Source of the DNA: Amoebidium appalachense
Taxonomy: Eukaryota; Protista; Ichthyosporea
NCBI GenBank assembly: GCA_963693365.1
Contig: CAVNZM010000013.1
Location: 6,066,640-6,130,639, forward strand
DNA length: 64,000 nucleotides
Reading direction: 5' to 3'
In this document: positions 47,677-61,065 of the stretch, piece after piece
Layout of the letters: each line of letters opens with the position of its first letter
Position numbering within the stretch: the first letter of the stretch is position 1
Translations under genes and position numbers: made by a program
The notes under the pieces: model-generated
Seen by the model: only the letters and a program-made list of their open reading frames with translations
What the model was told of the DNA's origin: nothing
The model's database searches: none

Positions 47677-49052
47677 CCTGAGAACTGGGAGGTGGGAAGG
47701 GGGATGGACTTATGGGTACAACAAGGCTCTGGGTATCATGGGGAGCGTGTTTAACTAGCGGAAGAAAACGAGTACACTACACAATCACTTTCGAGGCACA
47801 TGAGTGTATTTCCATAATCCGATGAGCGGAAGCCACTTTCTGCTAGCATGGACTGAAGTATGTGGGGAAAATCGCACAAGCCTGCAATTTTGGGGTGGCG
47901 AATTGTACCCAGAAGTGAGGAGTGAGGGGTCGGCCAGAAATGCAAGACCAGCGGGAAACATCAACTGTCGCAAAACAGATCGCAGAGCGAAGGGAGCTCA
48001 ACTAAGAGCCTGATCAGGCGTTGATTAATATCATGTTGGCCTCCATAAGCGGCGGGTTGTTGTGTGATTGCTGTTGTTAGTGACGGATGCTTTCATGCAT
48101 CCGCTTGCCCGGGGGCGCTGCAGCTGCGATTGCAAGGGTAGTCTCAAGACTTTTGACACCACGGCTCCTCACTAGCCGTCTGCTGTATTCATGCAGCCAT
48201 GCAGCTATGTAGAACCAAAGACTGGCAACGCCCTTGCAAAGCGAGCTTGGTGGGACTCGCCTTTTTACTATGTGCCTTTCCACCCCATAGTATCCGAACT
48301 GAGCTACTGTATACGTACATGCATGAAGAATTAGACTTGACTGGGGACTCAGAGAAACTGGGTTCAGTGAGCCAGCAAGCTGAGCCAGCCAACTCCACTC
48401 AGCTGGCTGAAGCAGGCTGAAGTGGTTGCCCAATGCAAACCTTGGGTCTGAATTTTTGGCGCCAAACTCTAATCCAATAAAGACGACACTGCTTGTTTCT
48501 AATTTGGCTAATTTTCCTTGTAGACGATTCGTCACTTTCATCAGTGTAAATACTTGCGAATGATTCTGACAATCTGAGGAATGCTGTTGTTCACACGGAT
48601 ACTATATGGCCTTAGCCTCTATAGCTCGCAAATCGATCGGTCCAAAATCCCCCCTTTTTGAGCGATCGTGGCATGAGAATGGAGCATGATATTCGGGAAA
48701 TTTCAACGTGGAAAGGGAGCTTATGATGTGCATTTCAAAAGTGCCCGGTTACTTTTTTTCTCTGACAGCAAGAACATGGTGAAAATTTGTGTTGAAAATT
48801 AAATTTTTCAAATGTAGGCCAAAATTGGCCGCCCAACCGTAACACATAGAAGAAGGAGGGGTATTAGACCCATCAATATGGGGTGCAAAATGCTCAGCTC
48901 GCCAAGCCAAGGTCAGTCTCCGGAATCAGATTTTCAAAAACGTTTTCCGTTCTCGAGATATTCACACTTTTCCGATCGGACCCCCCAGCTTGAACCCCCG
49001 CCATGAAATTTAGTTTGCGACCACTTGCATCATGTGACCGTGCACTACGGCC

Positions 49053-49088
<36 letters not shown>

Positions 49089-50030
49089 ACGCAGGTTGTG
49101 CGTCGCAAGTGGAAGTACGAGTATATACTTGCTAGAGACAAGTACGGCAACGTCCACCCTAACTACGCCTAAGTTTGTGCACGCGTCAGCTGGGCTGCAC
49201 GCAAAATGATAGCTGAACTGTAACAGATGTGCAAAGGGACATACAGGTGCAATGCTTTTTGGAAACTTTTATTGTTACATGTTTTGCATGTAATCAGCAA
49301 GTCACCCCCCTCCTCACTCCCCCCTTCCCCACCACGTCTATTTTACATACAAACACATGCGGCTTCGCTCGTGCGTGGTGTGTGTGGAACGTGTTAGGCA
49401 GGCCACATGCATACTCGTGTGGGACATCCACACTGTCAGACAGCTCAGAGCCTCGACAAACGGTGAGCAAACACACACAGACACTGTTGTTTTGTGTGGG
49501 TAAACGGAGAAGCAGAGAGCACAGATGGGTGTTATGTTATACACAACACAGAGACACACGGGAGAAACACAACCGGAGAGGTGGAACGATTTCTGGGACC
49601 ATAGGAAATGAATTCGACTGCTCGATATTTATTTCAAGATGAAGTTCCATTTATACTCAGGAATGTGAAATCGATAAGCCAATCAAAAGAACGAAAACTC
49701 TTTTATCCAATCAGAAAGACGAAAACTATGAGGGTAAAATAAATCGATCGAAATGCCTGTCGACACACAGAAGATAAAACGCAATCTCCTAATGAAAGAT
49801 ACTGGCAGGCGAATGCGGGGCTCCCGTCTGCTAGATGGGGCCGGTGGCTCATGCCCCTCGCGCAGGTAATCCAAAACTGTTATGAGAAAACGAATGTTGA
49901 AGAGTGTGTGTGTTTGTGATCCACGTCCTGTGTGTGTGCATGTGCTCATGTGTGTACACGTGTGTGCGTGTGTGTGTTCCTATGTGTATCACAGTGTGCA
50001 CATGTACATGTGTGTGTGTGTGTGTGTGTG

Positions 50031-50069
<39 letters not shown>

Positions 50070-50187
50070 TGTGTGTGTATGTGTCACGGTTCCTGTCGCG
50101 AGAAACTAGGAGGTACGTGTGCGGGGAAAGTCTTTGGGCGTTTGGGACAGGAAGAGAGGGGTGGGGTGGGGGGTGGGGGGGGGAGTA

Positions 50188-50229
<42 letters not shown>

Positions 50230-51430
50230 TTAGTACACACCTGTGCACCCAGGGCGACAGTAAACAGGAGCAGAACGACCTGCCAGGTCCTCATTCCACC
50301 ACCAGAACCAACCTTGCGGGAACCCATATTGTGTGGGCAAATGACTCAACAACGCCGTTATAATTACGTGGCTACGCGAAGTACTTTTGAAAAGAAGTGT
50401 GCTTGGTTTGTTTCAGTACGTTTACTGAGTGCCCCCGTTACATTTTACTGGGTGGTAACGTGCCATAGCTGCCCAAAACGCATTGCCGCGCTCGCTGCAA
50501 ACAGCGCAACGATCTAGACAATTGGTACCGAGATGGGCGCAAATTGTCAAATCGCATTTAGAGACCCCCTAGGTAGTCAAACTTTGTACCCCAAAAGTTC
50601 AAATTACAGTATTTGACCCCGGTATCCGTTCTCCGTTCCTTATCGGGGCTATAAACACCCACTTATTTGCTCTTCAAAATCCGTATCAGCGATTGGGCAA
50701 AAGCGTTTTTATCGTTTACCCTCCTCCCATTAGCCAATCAAATCGCATATATTCGCAGCTACCCCGGCCTCCCCTCCCCTCGGAGTCCCCTCACCTCCCC
50801 CCCTCCACGTCCGGATCTTTCGAACCCTACTTCTATTTGATCTCGTGAAGTAGAAAGGAGCCTACCGGCCCCAAAGAAATCTTCTAATAAAAGTACGGAA
50901 ACATTTAACAAAATGAAACCACTTATGTATCTATTAGTTCACATCATATATTTATACATGTTCTTAACATAACACGTCTAAATATAAGTATTCCTAATAG
51001 TTGGGGAACATAGAGCAATTCTACGTCGCGGGAAAAGAAGGAAAAGGAATGAGGATAGAAAGGAATGGAATGGGAAAGGAATCGGATAGAATTAATGAGG
51101 AATGTAGTTACTATATTTGGGAAAATATAACGAGATCTGATTGGATGACTTATTTAGACATTGACGCAAACAACAATACGTGTGCGCGGGCTAAATAGCT
51201 CGATGTGTACACAGATCTAAGATATTTGTGCACACGGAAACAGAAAGGAAAGAAAGAAAGGAAGAAAGGAAAATGGAAAAGGAAACAAACTACAACAAAC
51301 TAATAAACATATATAAAACTCAACTTCTAAGTCTTGCCGTTAATCATGGGAAGATGACAGACACACTCTTCGCACCTGGCACGTACTGACGGTGCCTGGG
51401 CTGCTATGAACTTGCCGTTCGCCTCACACC

Positions 51431-51529
51431 TATTTTTCCTTACACTCTCGCGACCGCGTGCATGCTTTCTCTCGCGGCGGCTCTACGGTCCCGAGAGTCC
51501 AGTGTTCGCTGTGTGTGTAAGGAAAAATA
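51431..51529. repeat. 99-bp nested inverted repeat (mini-MITE or hairpin)
   Basis: TATTTTTCCTTACAC (51431-51445) pairs perfectly with GTGTAAGGAAAAATA (51515-51529); inner actctcgcgaccg / cggtcccgagagt pair at 12/13; TA at both ends. Confidence 0.7.
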
Positions 51530-51764
51530 TGAGTCACCCTGGCAGTAGGTGACAGGCTCAGCGGAACATAGCCAGCCAGGCAGGCACCGGCGGGCAGCCA
51601 GCCAGGTCATGTCGGGTCGGGTCGGTTCATTTCAGGTCAAGCCAAGCGATGACTCGAACCGACTCGAATTGATTGGGGTCCGAGATTGGCCAAAAAAAAA
51701 TTATTGCGAATCGACGCGTCTCGTCGAGCTGGTTCGAGCCACCGTTTCGGATTTTTTTTTTTCG

Positions 51765-51799
<35 letters not shown>

Positions 51800-52059
51800 C
51801 GCGAAAAGTTTTTTGCGCGCTATAGAGACTAAGGCCGGCCCATACGGCATTGTCATAACTTTTCGAAGTAGGCTACATAAATCTTCGGGCCGTGACTTCG
51901 GTGTGTCAAATAAATTATTAAAATTGTTATATACACACGAATATAATATATCACATCATCATACAGACTATATACGACATCAATATGAGGGATTTACACA
52001 CTTTTTATTGCGTGGACACTGCCGGAGGCCCAGCCACATTCGACGGCCTACTGCGTTTT

Positions 52060-52720
52060 CCAGCACAGCCAATCAAATGCAGCCAGTGACAAAAGTACGA
52101 TGCATGTGACGGAAGATGCGCTCCTAGCCAATCGAAGTGGGCTGCGGCACAAATCTGAGATGATGAGAAACCAAGCGAAGGACGGTTTTTATTACATAAC
52201 AGGATTGGCATTATTTTCCGCAGAAGGTAGATGACTGAAAGGAAGTGTTTTATAGGTGTAATAAATGTGAAAAGCTAAATTTTCAAGTTTTTTTTTTTTT
52301 TGAAGGACCCCGGGCAGTCATTGACCACGGCCCTTTGAACACAGAGGGCCGTGAGTGCGACTCCTGTTCAGGGGTTGCCTGGGTTTGGCGCTCTTCATCG
52401 TATTTAGGCAAATTTCGAGCATTTTGACACCCTTCAGGATCGTAATACTAATTGGATGCCCCTTTTTAATCGTATTGCCGGGTTTTCTAACCCGTATTTT
52501 GGGTCGATACGATTCGTAACGCAAACCCTGCTCCTGTTTCATTGCTATTGCTAAATTTAGTTTTTCAGCCCGGGGAATGAATGGCAGCGATCCTATTGGC
52601 TTGGCCGACTACGCATTTGCGATCTAATTGGTCACCATCTTAGAGCGTTACGGTGCTTCCAATCATCTGTCCGTGTGCAAAGATATATGCGAGCGGTGCA
52701 AATGCTGGCAGTAAATTGGC
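52060..52720. promoter_or_regulatory. CCAAT-box cluster upstream of the Agd3-like gene
   Basis: CCAAT/ATTGG near 52067, 52126, 52203, 52594, 52626, 52659 and 52714, in CpG-rich repeat-poor DNA. Confidence 0.4.
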
Positions 52721-53310
52721 CATGGCCCTACCATATGTTCATACTTCATTTCACACTATTGACTTGGGAAACACGTTTTTGTGTCAACAGATGTAAAACA
52801 TACTAAATCAGAAAATACATATAGCGGTCATTGTTTTTTTCGAGTATCATGCTCATACATACCGTCAACCCGGATTACACTGGAGTCTCGGAGGCGAAGG
52901 AAGGGTTACATCAATTTTGCCCCCCTCGCAATGATTGTGCATCCGCACAGAGCCCGTCTATAAAAACTCTGCACAGCCAAGGGGAAGGCAAAATCGACTC
53001 ATTTGGTCAACTTCTCGGGCAAAGCACAAGGAAACAGAGGAAACAGCTTTATACAGAAAGGCTGATTTCTAAGTTTGGGTACGATAGGTACAGGGTTAGG
53101 TTAATTTAATTAGACAGGAGTACTCTTTGCCCCTGAAGAGCGAAGTCCAACACTCGATATCCCTCGCCGGCTAGCTGAGGTTGCATGTAGTGAGTCGTAC
53201 CACCTCGTGTACCTTCTTCGATGTACCCACTTGTTCTAATTCAACGCATTTGGTAAACAAACATCCACCAACGCACGGGTCAAACTCAAGCACTACACGA
53301 ATACGCCACC

Positions 53311-54516
53311 ATGTACATTCTGCGGCAGGTAGCAAAGCTGCTGGTGTGTGCGTCTGCACTGCACAGGCACATGGCACATGCCTGGCCGGCAGCAGGCAAC
53401 TACACCATGGATCTCAACGTGCTTGTCATCTACAACAGCGACGACGACCTGACCGTGCCCCGCCTGGTCCTGGTGCGTGCCCCTGTGCACACCCTCTGGC
53501 TGTAGTGTGTGTGCGTGTGTTTGTGTGTACGTGCTCGCTGCGCTACATCTTTGTTCCTAGCAAAAACATAGCTATGATTGGTAATATGGTGCCATTTTGA
53601 CACGTGGACACTCATGCAGGACGGATTCAATACAATGTGGACACGCGCACAGGGCCGGCCACCTGCACTGGAGGACGGCAGGCCCCTCTACAGCGCCATT
53701 GTCATATCTGCAGAGTGAGTCACGCCTGCTTGCATGTGTTTACAGTAGTGGGACCCACATCGGCAAGGTATACGATAATCATAATGGGCCTGTACGTGCA
53801 TGCGAGCATCTGTGGTGTAGGAAGGAAGTGCAGTAACATTTGCATGGTAGTGAAAAAGAAGCACGTGCATTTGCTGATTTGGATTTATTTGCAGTGAGAC
53901 GACATTTCAGGAGGGTGACCTGCAGCGGGTGCGGGACTATGCAAAGCGCTGGCAGGTGCGCATAGTGCACCTGAACCCGGCCAGCGAGAATGTGCGGGGA
54001 GTCACCGTCGGCGAGTACTCGGAAAACAGCCAAAGTGTGTGCCACCCCCCCCTCCCTGCACCAGCAGCCAAAGTGTGTGCCACCCCCCCCTCCCTGCACC
54101 AGCACATTTCCCCTCAACACACTGTGCGCATGAACCGTAAAGTCACATGAGCATGAAAAGTTTTCCCCAGGCCCCTCCATCAGGAACTCACTTTCCGGCC
54201 CTCCCCCTCCTAGACCACACACACACACACACACAAGCATACAAAAGCACCCACACACACACACACGACACACCCGGTACGGCTCGCTTACCCATGTGTG
54301 CAGGCCCAGGACGCTACCTTGTGTTCGACAACTCCACAGCCGCCATTGCTGTAGGTGACGTGCTCAACACAAAGACTGGCTGGGAGGTGTGTCTCTGCCC
54401 CCCTCTACCCCTCCCCCCTCCCCCAGCCCCCCACCCACCCACCCACCCACCCACCCACCACAACCACCACAACCACCACCACCCTCACTCAGCCTATTTC
54501 ACGAGTATAGGCTAAC

Positions 54517-54548
<32 letters not shown>

Positions 54549-54759
54549 AAACACCCCCCACCCCCCACTGGTACAACATGCTTTGCCAATGCTACCACAC
54601 ACACACGTACAAGCACAGCACGTGCATGCATCCTGCCACACGGTTGATGACATCTGTGTGCCTGCAGGTATGGCCATCTGCCACGTCGCCTCGCACCGGC
54701 AGCCCAGCGGCCACGGATGTGGTTCCTGTGCTGCGCTATTCAGACCATGCCCGGCGTGA

Positions 54760-54807
<48 letters not shown>

Positions 54808-55028
54808 ACACACCCTCCCTCCTCCCCGCCCTGACCTACACACACGAACACCTCTCCCATTGTACGGTTATTGCATGTCATATTTCATTTCCTCCGGTAA
54901 TAAAACAGAATGGAAAATGGGAACTAACCCCTACGACCCACAGCCAACAGCACGGCCAGCATTGCCGCACACATATCCACCCAGGACAGTGTTGAGGTGA
55001 GCACATCCCCACTTACCCCTTCTCCCCG

Positions 55029-55065
<37 letters not shown>

Positions 55066-56616
55066 CCCCCCCATCCCCACCCCACCCCCGCCCCCTTTCC
55101 TCCCTCTCCACCCCCACCCCATCCCCACGAGAAGCCTGCACTTGCACATATCGCTGCCCATCTTTTTCAGAATGCACTGTAGCTGACCCCACCACCTGCA
55201 GGAACTGTTCTTTCTGTTTGACGCCACCCGCCACGAAATGAGCTACGACGACTTAACCAAACGTGACGACCCCAACTTTGTGAGGGAGGGGGAGTACACC
55301 GAGACCAACCTCGCGCTGGGCACCATGTGGTTTGTGTGGGCCACGAGGGGTATCTATGTGGGCCAGAGACGGCTGCACGTGAACATGCACGTGGACGATT
55401 ATTTCATTGCCAGCCCCATCTACGATAGCACACAGGTGCTGCGCATAGACGGTCGCTCGTGCAGGGCAAACGTAGACCTGCAGGACCAACTCTCGGCTGC
55501 ACTGCCTCGGGGCTCTGCTATTGTCTTTGAGAATGCATTCAACGGCCTGGGATATGCACAGGTATTTGCCTGCATGGGTGTGCTGGGGTGTGGGCTGTGT
55601 GCTGTGTATGGGTGGAAGGTGTTTGGAGCATGTGTGTGGAGCATGTGTGTGGAGGTGTTTAGATTAGGTGTATGTGGAAGGTAGGTGTATGTGGAAGTTT
55701 TTTTTTTTTTTTTTTTTTTTTTTTTCCATGAATGCAAGAGCCATGTGTAGTATGACCATGCTGATAAAATTTGTATGAGCAGGACGACTACGAGGGACAG
55801 GGCAAGGGGGCAGGGCTCACCGCGTGTGCCAAAGAGCTGCGGTCCCGCTATTTCTGGGTCAGCCACACCTACAGCCACAAGCACCTGGATTGGATGGATG
55901 CCGACGAGTGCAACGGCACCTCGAGTACGTGCACACATGCAGGCACACATGCACAGCACGGATACAATCACGGCACTAGGAGCAAATGCACACGCAGGCA
56001 CGTGCATGAGTGCACACACACACACACGGCATCATGGGCTAGGCAAAGAATAGCGTCCCATGATGCCAGGCAAAGAATAGCGTGTGTGCCCATGTTAACC
56101 CCATTGCCACCCCTGCAGGCAAGTGCCGGGAGACATATGACCGCATTGCTGCTGAGCTTCGGCTTAATGTGGAGCTGATTCAGGGCAAGGAGGTCACACC
56201 GGGCATCATCTCAAAGTACCGCGCAGCACGTGCGTCCCCCCCCCCCCCCCCCCCCCCCCCTTCCCCTTCCCTATAAATTGCGTGATGAGTTTTATTGAAT
56301 CGGAGCCATAAGATTTATCTACATCTGTTTGATTGGGGTAAATCTATTTGAGTTGAAGAAGGATTAACGAACACCACCATGCTGACCATGTGCTGTCAAC
56401 AGAGAACATTGCAGCCGGCAGCATGTTCTACAACGACTCTGCCGGCCTGCAGGCCTACTTCTCCAGCCAGTCTCTGGTCACCCCCGAGATCTCCGGCCTG
56501 GTTCCTGCAAACTTCACAAAGCGCAAGGGCCAAAGGACTGCACACGTAAGAGGCCACCCCATATCCCCTTAACACACGTGTGCATGCGCGGCATACTATA
56601 CACACAAGACCATCCC

Positions 56617-56649
<33 letters not shown>

Positions 56650-57836
56650 ACTCTCCCCCGTCCCGTTCCCTTCCACTGCCAATAGGACACATACAGGCTC
56701 GTGCCACACATTACATTACCATGATTAATTACTTACAACCTCTCCCCCCCCCCCCTCCCCCCCCCCCTCCTCCGCCTCCCCCTCCAGCGTGTGTATGGTG
56801 CGCCTCGTGATGTGAGCAGTCTGTCTGCCGTCAAGGATGCAGGCATCAAGTATATGACCGGTGATAGCAGCAGGTGAGGCCCCCACCCATGCAAAGACAT
56901 CCACCTCCATGCCACACACATGTTGCTGGCAAACCCATCTGCACGTCCACACCCGCACATGCAATGGGACACAACCTGTAATCTCACATCCGTGGCACCC
57001 CTTGCACCGTAACCACTTGCACTCTAACAGCACAATAACAAGCACACGCACCACCCACGGCTCACCCCTGCGCCCTGCAGGCCGGAGCTTCTGAGCCCAC
57101 ACAACCACCACGGGCTGTACACGACCAAGGAGGGCTGGGGGGTGGCCGACCTGCTGATTCTCAACCGCCGGCCCAGCATTGTCGACTACACCGTCAGCAC
57201 CCCGGAGCTGCTGCTCCAGTCATGGGGTATGCAACCCCCCCCCCCCCCCCAAGATAGAGAATGGTTTCTTAAATGGTTTCTTTCATTCTCTCTTTAAAGA
57301 AACCATTCTCTCTGTCTGAAGAAACCATTCTCTCTGTCTGTCGCTCTCTGAGCTATCTTTATCTTTTTATCCTCTCTTTATCTTTTTATCTGAGGAAACT
57401 TTTTGAAGAGAAAGACTCTGAGCTTTTATCAAGAGAAAGACACTCTCAATATCCCCCATCCCGTGCCCACCCCTTTTGCGCCAGCACCATACTCACCATG
57501 CAAATCACAGTGGCGGGTGACTATTGCAACAACACCAGCGGATTGCCGTGCAGACGCTTCAACCTGAGCCTGGACAGTGCTATGGAGAGGGAGGCCTCAG
57601 GTCACGTGCTCTACTACCTGCAGTACAACGTGGACCCCGTGATGTTCCACCAATCAAACGCCAACGTGTTCGACCTCAACGGCAGGCCCATGTCCCTGCT
57701 GGCCTTCTGGGCTGAAAAGTACGCGCCCAACCCCCTCTCCCCCGCCTCCTCTTTAGAAATACCCTTACATCCCCTCCCTCCCTCCCTCCCCCCCCCCCCC
57801 CCCCCCCCCCCCTTTCCTCATGTCTCTCTCTCTCGC

Positions 57837-57870
<34 letters not shown>

Positions 57871-58829
57871 CTCTCCTCCCCACAACCCAACCAACCAACA
57901 AATCACCACCAGCACCACTACCACCACCATGTTGATTCACAATTTTTTTTCTCTCTCTTTTTTTTTTGGTGGTGGTGGTAATCAACAACAATAGCAACAG
58001 CAACAAAAAAGGAGCCCACGTGCCCCATTAAATTCTGGCTTTTGCTTACCTGGCAACTCCCTGCAGGGTGACACAGCGCCTTACTCGGTGGCTCGGGCGG
58101 CTGCCTGTGGTGAGTCTCAAGATGGACGACCTGGGCCGCTTTGTGGCCGCAAGAATGCAGCGCGATGCATGCGCCATCAAGGGACAGCTGCAGGTACATA
58201 CATGGCCCCATGCTCACTTCCTATCCTCATCGAATTCCTTCCCCTGTGCCTGGTCCTGCCCACCCTCCAGATTGTGTTGCCACATGCACACGGTCATGTG
58301 TTGCCACATGCACTGACCGTATGCATGCACAGATTGTAGATGGGGTGCCAGCAGGCATCACGGTGAGTGGCAACAGCAGCTGTGAGGTGCTCGTGTCTCT
58401 GTCCGGCCAGGCCGCCAGCCTGGTGCCCGACCTCAAGCCGGACCAGTCGGTGAGTGTTCCTTCCCACGTGTAGTACATGTACACCCTGCCTAATGTGGCT
58501 GTACTCCGCCAAAGATGCTTTTCAATGGCTAACCCCATCTCCTCTCCCTACAGCTGACCACATATGGCCCGGACCGCACCATTGGTCTGCCCGTGACTGC
58601 CACCACCCCCAACCGTTTGGCCATCAGCCGGCCACCTCCCACCCGGCCAACCACCCCCCAGATTCCCACAGGCAACATCCCATCCCACCCCGGACCCCAC
58701 AAAAACAGCACAAGCACCACTGTCAACCTTACGGCTAATAATGGCACCCGGAAGGCGCCGGGAAAACGCTCAAACGCCCGCAGAAATGTGCGCACGGTGC
58801 GCCTTAGGCGCACGGTGCGCCTTAACTGA
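53311..58829 (+). CDS. Agd3-like (CE18) secreted polysaccharide de-N-acetylase, about 16 exons
   Basis: gccaccATG start and signal-like N-terminus; WATRGIYVGQRRLHVNMHVDDYF, ENAFNGLG, FWVSHTYSHKHLD, LVTPEISGL, DAGIKYMTGDSSRPEL, LNRRP, DPVMFHQSN, LPVVSLKMDDLG...RMQRDAC, YGPD. The order and the DD / HxxxH / R / HQ catalytic motifs fit Agd3. Junctions are in phase. Confidence 0.88.
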
Positions 58830-59250
58830 GGCTAGTACTAGTGTTGCCTAAATAAGGTAATTGTTAGGGCTGGGGGCTACCATATATGGCATGAATGTCT
58901 AAAGGAAGTACGTAATGCGCACCCGACAGGGGCATTCTTTAATGTAGTGGCTGGAGACCGGCTCCGGTTATAAAAAGTAAGCAGTGTAGCAAAGCATTGC
59001 CTAGTTGTGCCTAGCTTATTTTAAGTTCAAACAACCTCTGTATAAATGTTTGTAACAGGCATGCCGTAAAGAGGTGTACATAGTAACATAAAGGATATTC
59101 ATGTAAAATCCTGCACATAAAATTGAACATGTAGAGCAAAGCAGACAAACAAGCATGGCAAATAAAAACATGTACATAAACGTTAGCCATCTTCCCCTTC
59201 ATTTCATTCGTTCACACGACCATCTTCCCCTTCATGCATCTATTATTCTT

Positions 59251-59388
59251 CTTGCATCTATTCTTCTTCCTCTTCCACTTTCTTGGACGGGACATCGCCT
59301 GCCTCTCCACCCCTTGCAGCTTGCATCTATTCTTCTTCCTCTTCCGCTTTCTTGGACGGGGCATCGCCTGCCTCTCCACCCTTTGCAG
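59251..59388. repeat. 69-bp tandem duplication containing the predicted last exon of the PAS gene
   Basis: 59251-59319 and 59320-59388 differ at only 3 positions. Confidence 0.92.
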
Positions 59389-60237
59389 CCGCAAGTCAGC
59401 AACCCCCTCCCCCCCTTCCCAACACACACATGCACACCCATCCAACACGTGCCGTGACTCACACACGTGCACATAGTACATTCCACGTGCATGCGCACAC
59501 AGAGAAAACTATATGTGTAAAGAAAGAATAAAAAAAATATGGTTTTGGAAAAAAAAAGAATAAAAAAAAATATATAAACCATAATATAAAATATAAACCA
59601 TATGTATATGGTTTTGGAAAAAAAGAAAGAAAAAAAAAACCATATGTGTATGTGTGTGGGAGGGAGGGAGAGGGGGGGGGGGGGGGGGGGGGGGGGGGAA
59701 ATGCTGAACACGGTACGAAGTACAAGCACACGGGGATATACCCCGTGCCGGACACATAACTGTATGCAAGGGGGGGAGAGGGATAGAGTACACAGTGCCA
59801 CATTAGGAAGCGACAGCACAAAGAAGTGACGACACAAAGGACACATGCAAAAGCTAGCAGCAGGCATGCACAGGTAGGCACTGATATTATTAATATAGGC
59901 ACACACCGTTTGCTGGCCACTGGTGATGCTGTGCAGCACCTCTTTCAGCACCCCATTCTCCCTCTCAATCGATTGGATGAACTGTCTGAGCTCCATTGCA
60001 CCAAAGTCACGCGGCTGTGTGACCGGCCCTGTGTGTTAGTGCACGTGGCAGATCACACACACCCAGGCCACACACACACCTTATGCCATGCGTGCACACC
60101 AGCAGACAATAAGTTCATAGGATCTCCAGAGAATAGCCATTTGTGACTTCTCACCGACATCCCTCCCTGTCCCATAGGCACATCACCAACACCCAAAGGA
60201 CACAAATACCATCACTCAGCCAGTAAGAGCACGGGGG

Positions 60238-60285
<48 letters not shown>

Positions 60286-61030
60286 CACCAACTGAATACC
60301 CATCTCACGCTGCCAGCAAGGCATGGCCTAGGCAGTGGCACAGTCACCTAGCCACGAGCATAGTCGCAACACAGGGAACGATAGGGCATGGGTATTGCAC
60401 AGAGAGAGAAAGGCAGGGGGCATGGGTATTGCACGGAGAGAGAAAGGCAGGCGGCATGGGTATTGCACAGAGAGAAAGGGACCCCAGGGGGGGGGGGGGG
60501 GGGGGGGGGGATGGGCATACAGAGAGAGAAAGGGACAGGGGGGGGGAGGGGGGGGGGGGGGGGGGGCATGTACAGAGAAGTGACAGGGGGGCCTGTGCAT
60601 ACACAGAGAGAGAAAGGGACAGGGGGGCCTGTGCATGCACAGAGAGGCGCAAGAGGGGGGGGGGGGGGGGGGGGGGGCATGCACAGAGAAGCATAGGGGG
60701 GGCATGTGGGGGCCAGCACCGTGACTGTGGGGATGGGCTCATCTTGCTGGTGGTCTGCTCTGTCAGCCAGCACACTTGCATCCAGGCAGGCTGTCAGTCG
60801 GGTGCGGCACATGATGTCGGCTGGCTGCCCGTCTGAGCCCAGGATCAGCTGTGCAGTCGTCTGCACAGGTGCACGTCAGTGGGGTGGGTGGATGTGGCAA
60901 AGAAGGGGTGTGTGTGTGGGGGGGGGGGGGGGGGGAGGGGGGGGGGGGGGGGGGAAGGAGACACCCTTTGGGGGAACGGCACTTGGGGGGAAGCAGGAGG
61001 CAGTGGAACGATAGCAGAGGGAATCGTTGT

Positions 61031-61065
<35 letters not shown>

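Noticed and set aside
48077-48541. 154-aa minus-strand ORF upstream of the helicase
   Set aside because: No recognisable domain and codon usage unlike the real genes; probably spurious.
48600-49030. Transposon-like AT-rich segment
   Set aside because: The composition suggests an element remnant, but I found no convincing TIR pair or TSD.
51725-51750. GGTTCGAGCC resembling a tRNA T-loop / B box
   Set aside because: No cloverleaf or A box can be built around it.
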